Shown: positions 9,573 through 24,057, counted from the first letter of the stretch. The stretch: DNA of 64,000 nt from Iphione sp. A-MEVVRFRX5 (GCA_976226885.1 OZ320319.1:37696001-37760000), one strand, 5' to 3'. Notes: a model not told the origin generated them from the letters alone. Numbers and translations: made by a program.

Positions 9573-11973
9573 CTGTTCAGTGGTGGACAAAAGGAGGCAA
9601 AAAAAGGAACTCCAAGTTTAAAGCAGCTACGAGACTCTTTCAAACCAGGGTTTCAGCCAGAGGACGTTGCCTAAAGGTGGAAAGCCTCTTTATCTAAACA
9701 TATACCTATCTGCTTCTCTCGCCGAAAAAAATGTGACTTAATCAATGTACGTTGTTGATGTATCTGTGTAGCTTCACTCCAGTAGTAGAGAGCCATCTAG
9801 GCGCCTGTTGGAGTCGTTCTTCTCTAGTTACTCTACTGACTTCTCGGTGGCTTACCGGAGGGCACCGAGTAAATTGCTGCTAAAACCGCGGTGCTTCTTG
9901 TAACCAAGCGGGCCATCGCCATCTGTTTGCGATACATCATCGACTGTTCAGTAACTTTAGAGCCGGTCCGTTGTCAAGGGACCTACAGACGCCCACGTCT
10001 AAAGGTGCTCTCCTCCATCACCAAAACCCAGTTACAGAACCAGAACGGCATCGCCGAGGAAGCGTCATACGAAGAAGCGCTTATCTCAAGGATTGACAGG
10101 TACCTGCTTTTTATTTCAGATTTGCTTAGTGAGATGATCCCTTCCCGTTGCCTTATTCTTCCATTCTTTTTTTATGATTATTTCATCTCACTTCGACGTC
10201 TCTTGTATATCAGTCTTATGAATATTTTTAGTTAACTTGAGGTACTGGCAATGCCGCCTAGAGGTTGGCCTAAATACCGACCTTGTTAAATATGCTTAAA
10301 CATGCTTGCCTACCTGATAAACGAATTTCTGTAAAAGCTACACGCGCTTCACTATAAGAAGAAAGGCATCCTTGACTATAATATATACCTTCACAATACA
10401 ACGTGAGATCATATTAGGATGATGGAAGACAGCCTCCTTTCTCACCAGTAGTTTTTATTTTGACATATACGATGAAACATTTCCACAGTGAACCTGTAGG
10501 CAAACTCCATCCTTTTGGTTTCTTACAGTTAACTCAAGTGAGTAACATGCATTTTTTGAATAAGTACAATTACTCACAGATGGCAAAATATCTCGGTCAG
10601 AGCAACATAGGTTCAAACCTGAGTGACAATTAATGCGTCCCTTCGTTTAGATATGTCCCGTACATGACGCACATTTGCAACGGCAGCCTTCCCAACCATA
10701 AGCATAATACTTTCTTCCCATTCTTCATGGTGTTCCGCACAACGCCCAGTTATCCCTTGAGGCGAATCAACGTTTCCCTTTCATCTCTCTCCCTGGGTCG
10801 TTAGAAGCTTTATGCGAAGCATATAACTTGGACTCTTGAGGATATTAACCCATATTGGGAACCCATCCCTACGTCCACTGAGTAGGTACTAACACTGATT
10901 TAATACGCACGGCTACCCAGCAGGATTATCTGCGAGCAATTATACATTATGGTGACGCCATTGATTTATATTTCAAAAACGTCCTAAAATGTCCGAGTCA
11001 AGGCCAGTGATCGCAAAGGAGTATTTATATTCATATAAAATCTGAACAATGGATCCATCATTTAACGAAAGGCTGGCATACGCAAAATGAAATAATTTTG
11101 GTTTTTAACGATAGATCACTTTGTATATACAAATGGTTGTGCCATCTTTATCAGCAATATGATTATTTTCATTAGTCTAGAAGGAACAGCTTAAATGTAT
11201 GCGCCAACATTGTTTATCTATATTGAGTGCATTTACACATGCATACACCGTATATTTCCCTTTGTTTTATATACAGCTAGGACATCAATATTGTATGTTC
11301 TCCGGCAACGTATCATTTTAAAAAGGTCTTCTAAGACATTAAAGAGGAGCACTGATCGTCATATTTCTGACGTTTTTTAAACAATAATATTAGAGGAAAA
11401 TAATGTATCATGGTTTTATTTTTTCCGTATACTCTTAGATTACACCGCCCTTTGTGATAAATTTCATTAATCGTTACGAATAATTCTATCATAAATATAA
11501 TTATTAGAACTACATAGAACTCATCACTCACACTAACAGTTGGAACAAGACACTTCATTCTAGGGACTCCCTAGCTTTATATACACAGGGTAGAACAATT
11601 GATACTACAAAATCATATCTTTCATATGTTTTCTATTATTTCATAAATAGAGGGTTTACTTCATCACTTGACCACTGTCATGGTCAGTCTAACGTGGCCA
11701 TCAATACTTGGACACACATACCAAAACACGCGCTGTACCTAAAATAACACCAACAACTATCTCAAGGTTCTGATATGTGTAAACCACTCCATCTATCATA
11801 TGAAAAGCAACTACAATATTGCGCTTATCTTGTTGTTAATGAGATCTTTTCATGTTTTCTCCGCAGAGCCTAGTCGTCATGGTTAACTGACCTGCTTGAC
11901 GTCGACATCAACGTCCGGAGAAAGGAGGAGACACGACAGCACAACCCTCACTTGCACTACATCCGCGGTGACC

Positions 11974-12034
11974 ATGGATACCAACACGTTGGCTTTGAGG
12001 CTGATCGTTTTGGTGGGAATCCTCGCCCAAACAG
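11974..12034 (+). CDS. Candidate first coding exon encoding a signal peptide (MDTNTLALRLIVLVGILAQT + phase 1)
   Basis: Exon 11867-12034 bounded by tttcatgttttctccgcag| and aaacag|gtctgt; Kozak context gaccATGG; hydrophobic core; phase-1 end typical of signal-peptide exons. Confidence 0.5.
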
Positions 12035-14827
12035 GTCTGTATTCACCCAGCTTAGTGTGCCGCTGAAATTTTTAGCAATATCTCTGTCAAAAAGGCAATA
12101 TTCACGGTAATTTACATGTATGGTGGTACAAATCGAAGGCGGGACAAACCGTACGTGAATAAATAATACCTGAAGACATTATATTTGGTTTTTCAACATT
12201 TATCAGATTCTAGCGAACCTCAGAACAGTTCCTTATTTCATCAGGTTCGCTCTTTTTACACGTAAAATTCATTTTCATGAAAAATAAGGGAATTCTATAT
12301 GATCATTTTAGAAAGCTAGCGTTTAAACGTTCGACAGCAATATCGTGCATAACCCCACCAGTGTGTGTTACCGAAGGTAAACACTGAGGATGGAGAGCGA
12401 ATCCAATTATGCTGAGGTGAATCCAACTATGAGTTGTTTATTGCAGTAATGAAAACTTAAAAGTCGGTACTGCACAAGCCCTCTGCGGGAATAGAAACTA
12501 GTATTGCATGACACAGATGTAATCGATCCGATGCTAATAGTTCGACGAGTGCTCTAGGAAGAGCAGAACCATTTCAGCTTTCCGTCCTGCGAGCATGCAA
12601 TCTTCACAGAAACAAATCTCTCTCCTGATGTTAACCATAATCGTTTAAAGTGCCCTGCGTTGTCTATCATTAAGATTTAAATGACATCGTTAAAAGTTAG
12701 ATGCGAAGAGTACTATTCGTGCAGTTCTGAAGAAAAGCAATGAACCTATATGTACAAAACACCAGCTGGATCACAAACACAAGTTCACTGTACTATACTG
12801 TCCTATTTCTTCAGCAAAAAGGATGACGCAAGTACCACCCTCACACACACGTGATAAGCTCATTAATTCCAGCGATTAGAGTACTATTTCCCCTTGTTTA
12901 TGTGTAAAGAGTAGGTTCCTCTTGACACTGTACGTGCAGACAAGTGATGTGTTTCCCCACAAACCAAAGATTCCTGTTCATGCTAAACCTGCTATGTATA
13001 TTCTACCTCCCCGTTATAGAAAGGGAAATATTTGGGCTGATCTCACTGATAGATAACACTTTAATGGTTTGGAAACGTATTAGGCCTACTGTTCCGGGAT
13101 AGGCTAGTCCAGTAACTGAATAAATTAATGTTGAAAAATAATTTTCGTAATCCGTGATCCATGAAACAGTGAGAGAAGATGGTAATGTATGAATTCTATG
13201 TACATATGCATTATACCTATAGAAATGTTTTATGTAAAAAGATAGCCATCTGTCTACGTTATTTAATTATTTTTCATGAAAATGGCAGTGACGTCCAGTA
13301 TCCTAAAAAGCTCCAAGGAATACAAAGCATGTTGAACCTCTTCACATCTGTTGTTATCCAGCAAGTTAAATACAAACATACACAAAAGCAAGAATAAACA
13401 GATGCTACACTTCTTCTTGGGAAAAATGCGTCTTTTGAAAACCATCCTAACGTTAAACAAAAACTATCTTTGTACCGTTCGTAAGGAGATTCCTCTAGAT
13501 CTTTTCATTAACGTGCATCTTTTTGAGTTTTCATTTCTTATGGAAGACATCTTTATTTTCTGCACTTCTAGCGCCATTCATCGCCATCCATCTTCGTTTC
13601 TACTCTATAATCGTTATTTCATCCTCCGAACTAATTGCACCCTAATGAAGTCCATTGCAGCGTCCACGGTAACCTTTATAAATGTCAGGGGTCTACACCT
13701 TCTCTTTCATGAGGGATCAGCCAATTTGGCTGCCGCCTACCGGTCATTCAGGGGTATTAGTAGATCATTTGTTCCCCATTGAACCAGTAGACCACAATGA
13801 CAGTCATTCTCTCCATTAATGCCATGGTATCAGCCGGGGCTGAGTGGAGGAGAGAAAAATACTAATTCCACCACTTACCTCTGTAAGCGCATACATAAAA
13901 GGAAGGGGTATAAAATGTGCACCTTAATAATCGCGAAAAATCATTATTTCCTTGTAGGCTAGATTTGTGATTGTGGTATTTTCACACGCGTTACAGAGAA
14001 GTTACATTAAATATTCTTATTCCTCATGTACATTCCAAGCCGTATCCCCATGTATTCTGCATATATAAATAATTGCATTTACGGTCTGGGAAAAGAATAG
14101 GACGTGTCTCATTCGTCATCCACATAGATCTGTAAATTGGGCAAGAAGTACATGGAATGGAGTATGAAATATGTGGGTTATGCGTGTAATGTGTTTGATT
14201 TGTCGGTGACATTTTCCGCAAACGGCACAATTTACACAGAGCCCACTTTTCACACAGTTGCATGAATTGGCACATAAATGCCACCCTTTCCCCACAGAAG
14301 CCATTACTTTTAGAGACATATACACATATGCCGCATACATACACACCTGCATATAATTACATGTACCTTGATCAACACCTTGTAACAATGCATAAAAAAG
14401 TGCATGCGTACATGAGCGCGCACCACAAGAATCCTGCTCTAGGGCAGGGCAAGAAAATCATCATACATATGATAAATTAAAGATATTTAATATCATTTTG
14501 ACATTTGATATTGTTTTTGTGTAGTAGTGAAACGAATTAAGACTAAAGAAACTGCCTTCAAATGCTGCTAAGCACGTAAACTAGGTTAAATTTATAGGAA
14601 ATAAAGTAACTGCAAACTTCAGTTTACACCTGTTGGACAGAAACGTCAAATCAATTGTCGAAAAAAGAATAGTAGTAAAAGAAATACAGCCATACACTTA
14701 CTGAGGCCTATTCGGTTGGGACAGGGCATGTCTATCCAGGAGTGGCAGGATCTTAAAGAGACAATTAAAATCTATCATCTCCGGAAGATATGCTTCCATT
14801 ATTTTGGTATTAAAACATCCAGATTTA

Positions 14828-15139
14828 GGCCTAATTTTCATTTACCCATGTCTCTGTATTGTGCATTCATTGTAGTTTTGGGCACATAGGATAACAACAG
14901 GACTGTCTCCGTAAACACTTAGCATGAAGCGTGTGTGCATGTACAATATTTTTGGAAGGAAACACGGTGCATTCTGCTGTGATCCATGGTCCATGTATGA
15001 GTGTTCTGAAGTGGGACTATGGTTATCTACCGAGGTGTTACAACAGGCTCTACGCACATGCATGAGCATGGTAACATGGGGAGATCATTCACACTGGTCC
15101 ACGTCTGTAAACACTGCATGGGTACGTGGAAATTAGGCC
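14828..15139. mobile_element. Tourist/Harbinger-type MITE, second family
   Basis: TIRs ggcctaattttcatttacccatg / reverse complement ggcctaatttccacgtacccatg; perfect TTA TSD at 14825-14827 and 15140-15142. Confidence 0.85.
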
Positions 15140-17836
15140 TTAAGTGTACTGGAATCAATGTGTATATCGTTGGTAACATCCACACTTACCCATGAAGTAC
15201 TCGCCAAACTTGAGTTTTGAACAAGCCCCAAGGTAGGAAAGATCAGCTACACAAGCAGAAGCCCTATTACACAATTATATTTGATATCGGAACCACCACA
15301 GCGTCTGTTAGGATAAAATCTGCCCCAGGCCAATGCTCATATAGCACGCAGTCTCTGCTCATATAACCGGCGTCTCTAGAAAGAAATCCACCTGATATTT
15401 CTTGTCAGAAAGTTTAAATTAGAAGTTACTGCGACTGAACCTCCTCAGGTGAAAAGCTCTTCGAGCAATTTTACCCCGAGTCCAATGGCGCCTAATGCCG
15501 GGCAGCAAGGACCGCCATCAAGTGCCTTGTTACTATGGTGATTTAGCCTAGTAACACGGTGATTTACTGGAGGGGGCCATGGCGGCCAATCACGTGGTGG
15601 CCTGCCTCATTATGGTGGCCACTCAAGGAATTACCAAGCCAAGCTATTAGTCCTTGCAGAGCCCGTTAAGTAAAGTCAAATCACGGGCGGACAGGTTGAG
15701 TAGATAGGAGGATACTTTTTCCCCTTAATATTAAAGCCCAGGCAGGTAGCAGGTTCGGAAGGCAGTCGAAAATAAGAATGCCGCTCGAATTTTGCCTACT
15801 CTGCCTGTATATGTACTACATCATGACAAAGAACGTAAAACACAAATCGATGTAAATTTTATTTTGAACAAGTGCAGTAGAAAGAAACAATCGTTATTTA
15901 ACAAGGACTCTCTATCAAATGCTTCCATTTTCGCAATTATGACGAGATTTAGCACAATATGCAATAATACAATGCATGCAATCGTGACTTTTGCTTTTAA
16001 CTTTTAAGGAATCGTATGGAATTTCAGCAAAATTCTTAGCATTTATTTTGCTGAGCTTTAGTGTGAAGTCTATAAGCTTATACTCACATATTGCAAAACC
16101 ATGTGAATAGAGAAATGTATCAGTTTGGTTTCAATTTAACAAATGAACACAGGTATCTGCCACGATGCTACAGAATTCTTCTCGGGGCAATTAATCATTC
16201 TTGCCTTGCTACCAGCTGATAACCAGAATCAGCATTGATTGATGCTACCTTGTGCTCCCATGGATTTGTTTTGGCAATCAGTGCGAGATTAATTCTTGGG
16301 GAGAAACAGTCATTAAATTGTATATGAAATTAATGCAAACTAATGTCATCCACGCCCCAGGCCTTCAAAGTCATAGTTTGAGACGCTCCCGACAGAACTT
16401 TTGCCGTAGTCATTACTGCGAGTATGAAGTCGTCAGGAATTCTTTATTAAGCCAAAGATATCCAGCAGACGGAAGATAAAATGGAATTAGGTCAGTGCAA
16501 CGGATGTAATCTCTCGTAGAGGAAATATTCAGTCTAGTAGGATATTGCAAATTGCAAGATGATGCAAGTTACCTTTATACAATAATGAAATGGATGCACT
16601 CTGCATGGAAATTAATTAGATCCATATGAATTGGAAAGCAATAATTTCATCACATACTTTAGGATGTGTACGCCTACATCATGCAGTCTATGCTTATCGC
16701 TACAAGGTACATCAGGAGTATATCTGAACTGCCACAATCCAATTAACTGCTGGCAACTCTTCGGCAATTCCCTACTTCAGATTGGGATACGCTATACATG
16801 AACACAATAAAACCAACATACATCTTGTTACCTTGAACATGTCTCTCCTTCTCGTAAGAAGACAGATACACGTTGGTAAACAACTACCGATGTTCGACAA
16901 GACTAGCCATGCGCCGACACCATCAGACACCATCAGTGTCTGTGAGAGCACTCACTCTACCTAATCCCTACCTTACCTGTTGCAAGCGCTGTGGAAGTGT
17001 GAGACTTGCCTTGCGATATACCTTTATGATAAAATAAATATTAAGGGGTTACATGACATTATACGGAGTCACCAACTTTACTTTGCTAGAACGAATTGTT
17101 GTTGTTTTTTTTTACAAACTTAGGAGAGTCAAGTCTTCTTACGTACTTGCTTTTCGCTCTCTCTATATGGAATTTTGTATAATATATATAATGATAATTA
17201 TGAAGACACAAATCGGCCTGCGTTACCAGTCAAAACTACGTAACAGACACATGAGTCCTCAAGACAATAGTTGGTACAACGGTGTAACAACTGTTCTCTT
17301 CCTGCGGTGCATGAAGGAGCGGTTAACTGCACAGTGAAATCGTGAATTGATACATCCATAAACAATTGATGTCTTAAAACGAATTTTTCGACGGAGACAA
17401 TAACATATAACAAATAAAGATATAAAATTCTCATGAATGTACTTTCTGAGAACGTATTGACACGAATCAATTTAACGTTTCGGATGGATGGACACATAGC
17501 ATGAAGTAGGAAGCAAGAGCTTCATGATTGGAAAGGCAGAAAATCATCATTACCATACACTCTACCTTTTACAATGAATATCTCTTAAAAGGGATTGTTG
17601 TAATTACTACGACAGCTATCCCTCTTCCCTCCTAGGGCTAAGGGAATTTTCAACTACATAATTTTTTCATTTTTATTGTATCTTTTACCAGAAACCAGAT
17701 ATTCTGATATTATTGAAGTTCTTCTGCCATATCAATCTAGGTTAGTAACACCATACATTTTTGAGAAATGAGAGACCAGAATACCCCGGGTTGTTCTCTA
17801 GTTTTAATTTAAAAATGTTTCTGTTTTTTTTGTGCA

Positions 17837-18952
17837 TGATGATGATGTACGGGTTTTGACCCTGAAGGGGCCCAGGTGCTTCCTCCATTGGGCAGCACAA
17901 TGTCAATTGTTCTGTGGCTCCTTCCACAATGTAGTTCCATAGGAGGAGTACTAGCAGACTGCATAGTCCAGACACTTTTGGACGTTGAGGGCCCAAACAG
18001 CTCTCCTCAGTGTCCCCCCACCTCATTGAGTCAGGGGAGGTGTGAAACCCCATGGTGATGACAGGTCCCAGTCAAACGAGCACTCAGGCATGACTTAATT
18101 GACAGGTGGCGAGACAGTGGTATGATATGTGTGCTCCCAAGTACCTGGCAGTTTGTGTCCTTGCTAATGTCACCCCCCAATCCTTGGGTTACAATGGTTA
18201 GGCCACTGGTGCACAGGTAGTAACCAGTTATTCGCTATTACAAGATAACCAGTGATAAGAAACTAGTGAGGGGGACTATCCTACTGTATTCCTATCTCTG
18301 AGCAGCTAAATAATGTCTAACATGAACACCCTGGGTAGCAGGCAAGCCATTAACCTTCAACCACAGGATAGGCCCCCTATAGGGTTACAGGCTGGTCAAA
18401 CCATAGGCCTGGCCTGTACATAGTACATTATGTATAGTGGTGCTAGTGTTATGTGTGTATTCATGTGGCCTGTAAAGTGTAGGGGGAATGTAACTCATAA
18501 TCTACTGCCTGCCATGCTGCTCCTCATGACAACATCCCTCGCACTCGCCTAGCTGGGCCCCCTGTGTTTTTTGTGTATAGGGGACAAAATGCTATATACC
18601 AATGGCCTGTGTTGCAAGTTGTGGACCACTCTAGATTTAGGCTACAGTAAATCAATTGGTTATAATCAAGAATCCCAGGCCCAGTATTGAATCTGTGAAT
18701 CAGTAGACTAGTGCTCGTCAGCAATCAGCTGAGCTGACTCGCTGCCCCTCTTCCTGATTGTTAATTAAACTGAACTACATTAAACTGCTGTTTATCCTTT
18801 GAGCCAGAATTGAGTATTTCCTCATCCTTCACTAATAAATGCTTCACTAATAAATGCTGAATAACAATTCATGCTCATGTAGGAGGGCCAATGACGCTTC
18901 ATGGTGAATAAATAGACCCAATGACGCTTCATCAGAATAACTGACACCCCTG
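17837..18952. repeat. Probable composite old repeat block
   Basis: Visibly CpG-poor relative to the flanks; (ATG)4 tail-like run at the left; ends in ctgacacccctg, a hAT-like terminus, at the right. No recognisable ORF. Confidence 0.3.
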
Positions 18953-19170
18953 TATTACCAAGAGTCGTTTCTAATGTCCGTTCGACACCATTCTTTCTAA
19001 CCGTTGCTTAAACGTGTTCGAGCAAGCTGGTTAGAATGGCCGTTGTGCAGGTATGTACGACGACTGCGGGGTGTCTGGGCTACACTAAAACCAAGTGGTG
19101 CAATCTTGTCTCTGCGGCATTGGCCTTGTACTGCGGTGGCCCATTCTCTGCGCCTTTTATTCCATCCCAG

Positions 19171-19259
19171 AATGTTACCTAGAGGACGCGTTGCCTAGGC
19201 GACGAACACGCTCCACTACAGTGACGCGCCTGGCCATGGCTAATGACTCACGTCGGGCG
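19171..19259 (+). other. Candidate 89-nt exon with an internal Kozak ATG (19236)
   Basis: Acceptor ccttttattccatcccag| and donor ggcg|gtaagt; an upstream donor gtgcag|gtatgt at 19051 would define a 120-bp intron; contains the X-box gttgcctaggcgac. Confidence 0.45.
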
Positions 19260-21277
19260 GTAAGTAGTCCCAGACGTCCATCCCCTGCCAACAAGCTCCT
19301 CCCCAACCAACCATTCCCCTGTTCTTCTTTCTTTTCGGGAGATATCACTCTGACTCACCCCACCTTATTCCCCGTCACTTCCTTTCACTCGTCCGCCCCA
19401 CTCGTCAGCTGACGCAGATTCTCGTGGATTCTCGGGCCGGAGATCACGTGGGCAGAGATGAAAGTGCCAGTTGACAACCTTTGACAACTGGGAGGTAGCG
19501 CCGACACCAGGTGGTTCATATCCGCTTGCGGGGAAGGTTATACGGAGGGACGATACAGTGTTGCAAGGCATCAGGGGGAGCTAGTACCTGGTAAAATGAA
19601 TAGGATAATCGAGCGAGCGGCTAGGCCGGGGTTGTCCATTCGTTAGAAAGAATAATGGCCATAATTTCTTCTTTCTAATGAAGTAAGACAGTGTAATGAA
19701 TAGGAATAAATCTATACGTTCCTTACTCTGCTATATTAAAGAGATGGAAGGAGAGATATTTAATTGTGTATTATTAGGGTGCTATGAGAATCGGCATCAC
19801 AAATATATCTAAATGAGAAATTACTACATAATTACTACATACTGTAGTGAAAAGTATCTTGCAACGATAACAGTTTTAACCAAGTTCTTGCACGAGAGGT
19901 GGCAGACTGCGAGCTAGCTACCTCAGAGAAATCGGTATACAAATAGTCGAATTCCTATTGTTTGAGACCAGTGTCACTTGCGGACCAACAGTTAAGCGCG
20001 TACTTGAGCCTGGGTTTGATGTAAACGACTCTTCGTACTCAAATGGTAGACTCGGACCTTCTGGTATGAGCAGCCTCGTTGAGCTAAACTGCTGCTGAGC
20101 AGGCCTGTGAGTCTTCATCACGAGCAATTAGCAAGTGACAGTGGTAGGCAATAAACATGGCAACCACCAGGGAGTCATTCAATCACGCCTCTAGAATTGC
20201 CCTACCGTCTGTGACCAACTCCTGCCGGGAGGGCTTGGGACTTGGAGCAGGTCGATGGATGGGCGCGGAGCGACGAGTTCCTGGTGAATGGGCGCCGTTT
20301 GTGCTGTGAGAAGAGATGAAGGGGAGCAGGGCGCCGTGGAAGGATAGCAGGATGCCTGGTGCCTGCCTCCTGGGCGCTGGGCGTGTCTGTCAGTAGCACC
20401 TGCAAGCTTAATGCTCTTGAGGGATTCAAGGTGGAAACAAGCCAAGCCGCAGTAGTTTCACGCTGAGCCCGAATCCGCACAGGCCGGGCCGATTGAGCAC
20501 TTCCCACATATCCCCTGATGGAGGGAGAGCAGTACGGCGTGCCTGCTCAAACCACCTTTTCATTAAATGTTGCCGGTAAAGGCACACATCTATGACCCGA
20601 AGGCATGCAAAACCGGCATAGAAGGAAGGGGCGAGTGTGAAAATGTAACGTTGGAAATACAGCGCCAGATGCATCGTGTACCTTTTTCTTTGGAAAGGGT
20701 TAGAATATTTTCAGGTTGATTTGTCCGTTATCTAATGAAGGAATGTAAATTTATGAGATCGCATTTAAATTATTTAACAGCACAGGTCAAACAATATGCT
20801 GACATTTGGTGACGTTCCAACCATGCTATAGGCTTAGATTCCTTACATAAATATGCATATCCATGTGTGAGTATCCAAGACAAGTTAAGAATGCGTTTGA
20901 ACATAAGTTGGATAATACGAAAATTCGACAGATTAATTTGAAGAGAAAATGTCTGAATAGCACTTAAATTGCTGCTAAATGTAGGGAATATACCAAAAAA
21001 AATGCCTTACAGTGGTAAATTTGATAAGTTAACATTCTAAAAATATGTACACATGTGTGGAAATGTGCAAATAAAGTACACATTTACATAATCTAATACA
21101 TGTACATGTTTGGCACATATTCTTGCTTGTTACAGAGGATATCTGGTCTATCTTACACATTGAAATTGAAATGATTCTAGTGTGTTGAATTTAAATACAT
21201 GGCAATGCACACAGACCACACCTGCATGTAGCCATAGACAAAAGCAGACGATCGACACAGATATTTTCATTAGATAA

Positions 21278-21601
21278 GGCCTAAACATTCTGTGTTTCCA
21301 GTAACAAGCTCAAAATGTAGAGGGTTGGAAGGTTGGTATTATTTTTTATTTTGTTTTTAATGTTAACTCATACTCAAAAGTACAAATATAAATGGTAACA
21401 TAAATTATAATGGATTGATTTTAATAAGACTTATATTAATGAAAGCTAACAATGTAGGCAACAAAATGGTGCATTGTATCTGTCACTATCGTTATTCATT
21501 CCAGAGATATCAACAAAAGCATAATAAGATAAAATGCTCCAGTGGGACAATAGGTAGGGTCCATCTGGTTACTGTAAACAAAGATATTTTTTGTTTAGAG
21601 C
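21278..21601. mobile_element. Tourist/Harbinger-type MITE
   Basis: taa|ggcctaaacattctgtgtttccagtaac ... gttactgtaaacaaagatattttttgtttagagc|taa. Confidence 0.75.
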
Positions 21602-23745
21602 TAACAGACATTCTCATACATTGTTACGATCCAATGATCACGCAATGCAAACACATACAAATGCATAAATGCAAGCGTGGAGACTGGCCCTTACAATGAT
21701 GTTAGTCTCTTAGGATTCTGAACAGCTCCACATGGGAGGTAAAGCCGATGCACACTGATGAAATCACTCCTCACTATTGTCAACGTGGCACGCGAAGCCA
21801 TGCCCTGAACCAAGCCAACTTGACAGCTAGATGGTGAAGGAGGTACCTGACATGGAGGGTGGAGATGGGTGTCATGCCCTCTGCCTAATTTTCCTGCTGT
21901 TCTCAGGTGGCTATGACAAGTTCATCCAAATACAGGATGAACGCATGGAGGGTACTCTGACCACAAAGCTTGTGACCACCACAAATGCAAATGGCCGCCA
22001 TGGCTTGGAGTAAAGTTCAGATAATTTTGTGTTAGTAGACGGACAGGCGCATTTTAATCAATCAAACTGAATGCCCCCAACAGCGCCAGGTGTCATATCC
22101 ATTATTCAAACGTAAGGATAGAATCTGTACGGATAGAATACCTGATTGACATATTGCCAATGGTAAAGACCGCTAAAACGGATAAACAGTTCGCAAAAAT
22201 ATCTTACAGCAGCATAAAGTGGCATTACCTAATTATATTTTATTATCATTGCTTATGGAATTATATTTTATCCTCATCGCTTCAGTTGTACATATCTTGC
22301 TTCTGAATCATGCCCGCATAAAAAGATTTCTATTCAGGTGATGTCGGTTTGAATAGTGTTTTGATATAGAATTTTCTTCATGATTGAAACTGACAAATCA
22401 AGTATTTTTGAGGCATTTAAATTCGTGAGATTAATTGCTTAAAATAAAATGTAAAGGATTCTTGCACGATGAGCCATAATGAAGCCATGAATGACGGGAA
22501 AAGCGGCCGAAACAAGTTTTCTTGATAATGTTAGGATGATCGATGTGAAATTTGAGTGACGTGGTTATACACCGCACCAAAAGAAGCAAACATCTCAGCT
22601 AAAATTGTCCACACCGTAATCACCCCCAACATGGCGGGCAAATTCTCTGTTTCAGTGGACAAAGGATGACAGACGAGAACTAAAAACCCAAAAGAAATTA
22701 CAACATGGACGTGCCTTTGTTGCTCATTTCACGGGCGATACTTCACTATTAGGGGTAATCCCAGTAAATCGTTTCGCAATACTTCCGAATTCTTCTTTGG
22801 GTATTTGCTTATTCAACATGGCCGGGGAAACTCATGCTCTGCGATTTCGTCGTCGTAAAAGAAACAGCTCCGGACAAAATGCCCCGTCTAGGTGGAGCAG
22901 TGAGTAGCCCTGTGGTGAATTATGCATTTATGCCTGTCGACACTAATGGGTTTGAATCAACCGCAATTCATGTCAGTCCTCACCCAATGTTCACATTTCC
23001 GATCGATATTGTCGCTAGACAAAACCAAATAATGCAGCCAGAGAGAAATTAACAAAAATGACGAGAACTCAAACGTTGAACAACAAGAACATCCTACGCA
23101 CACGGTACCGTTCTTGATGTTGACGGAAAAAAGTCCCTATATATCAAAGGGGAGGAATTTACGATGGCCGACAATTTTACGACTGACCAAACGCGCCCAA
23201 CCACTTCACAAACAATTAACGTAAATCGCCGCAGTGAACGACTTGCTATAGACTACGTTCACTATATCAAGGGAAAAGCCTGAAAGTATTCGGATTATCC
23301 TTATGTTTACGGGGGCTGGTCTGTTGTCTCTTGTCAACTAGAGACGGCAGTGGTGATCACAGGTGGCTAGGACATCGGGGAGACAGCAAGGCAATCCGTC
23401 CTCTTTAACAGTTCGTCGTATTAGTGTTTTCTGTGGCAGGTGGTTTATTATTCATAGTCATGATGGTTTGCCTTTTCGAAAAGGGAGCTAAGAGGAATGC
23501 GTATAAAAATGAGGGTCGCTCATTTGGAAACATCACTGTTGGGCTGGCGGTGGCGTTTTTCAGTACGGACCATTTACAAATGCATGCTTTTTTCGTTCCA
23601 AGCGGACTTTCTTTAGTAATTTTTTCCCTTTCTTGATATGACTTTTGCCAAGTCAGCACGTTGGAACAATTGACGTCGACAGATAATGCTTTCTCTGGAA
23701 TACACCCGTGAATTGTTTGTATCTACGAACACCGTAGTTAGATAA

Positions 23746-24057
23746 GGCCTAAAAAATATTTGTGTTTTCCATAACATGCTAAAAATATACAGGGTCAGTT
23801 GGTAGGTAGTATTTTTATATCTTTTATTAAATGTTACAAAGGTTCTGGAAGCAACACATGTATATGATAATGCTTCTTATATTGCTCAGATCTTAATGAA
23901 AGCTAGTAATACTAGGAATACAATAGTGTACTACATGTGTCTCTATCGTAATTTACTCAGGAGATATTCACAAAACAAGACAAAAATTAAAGGTTTCATT
24001 TGGCCCAAAATCAGGGTCGGTCGGGTTACCGGAAACAAAGGTATTTTTTGTTTGGGC
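23746..24057. mobile_element. Tourist/Harbinger-type MITE
   Basis: taa|ggcctaaaaaatatttgtgttttccataac ... gggttaccggaaacaaaggtattttttgtttgggc|tac; same family as 21278 and 53613. Confidence 0.8.

Noticed and set aside
10484-10490. CACAGTG heptamers (here and elsewhere) as RAG/Transib signal ends
   Set aside because: No ACAAAAACC-like nonamer at 12/23 spacing and no RAG-like coding sequence.
8702-11911. Shared 14-mer gacgtcgacatcaa at 8702 and 11898
   Set aside because: Several 14-mer matches are expected by chance in 64 kb, and the similarity does not extend.
13351-13782. 143-aa ORF
   Set aside because: AT-rich with no motif or splice support; composition is consistent with a chance ORF.
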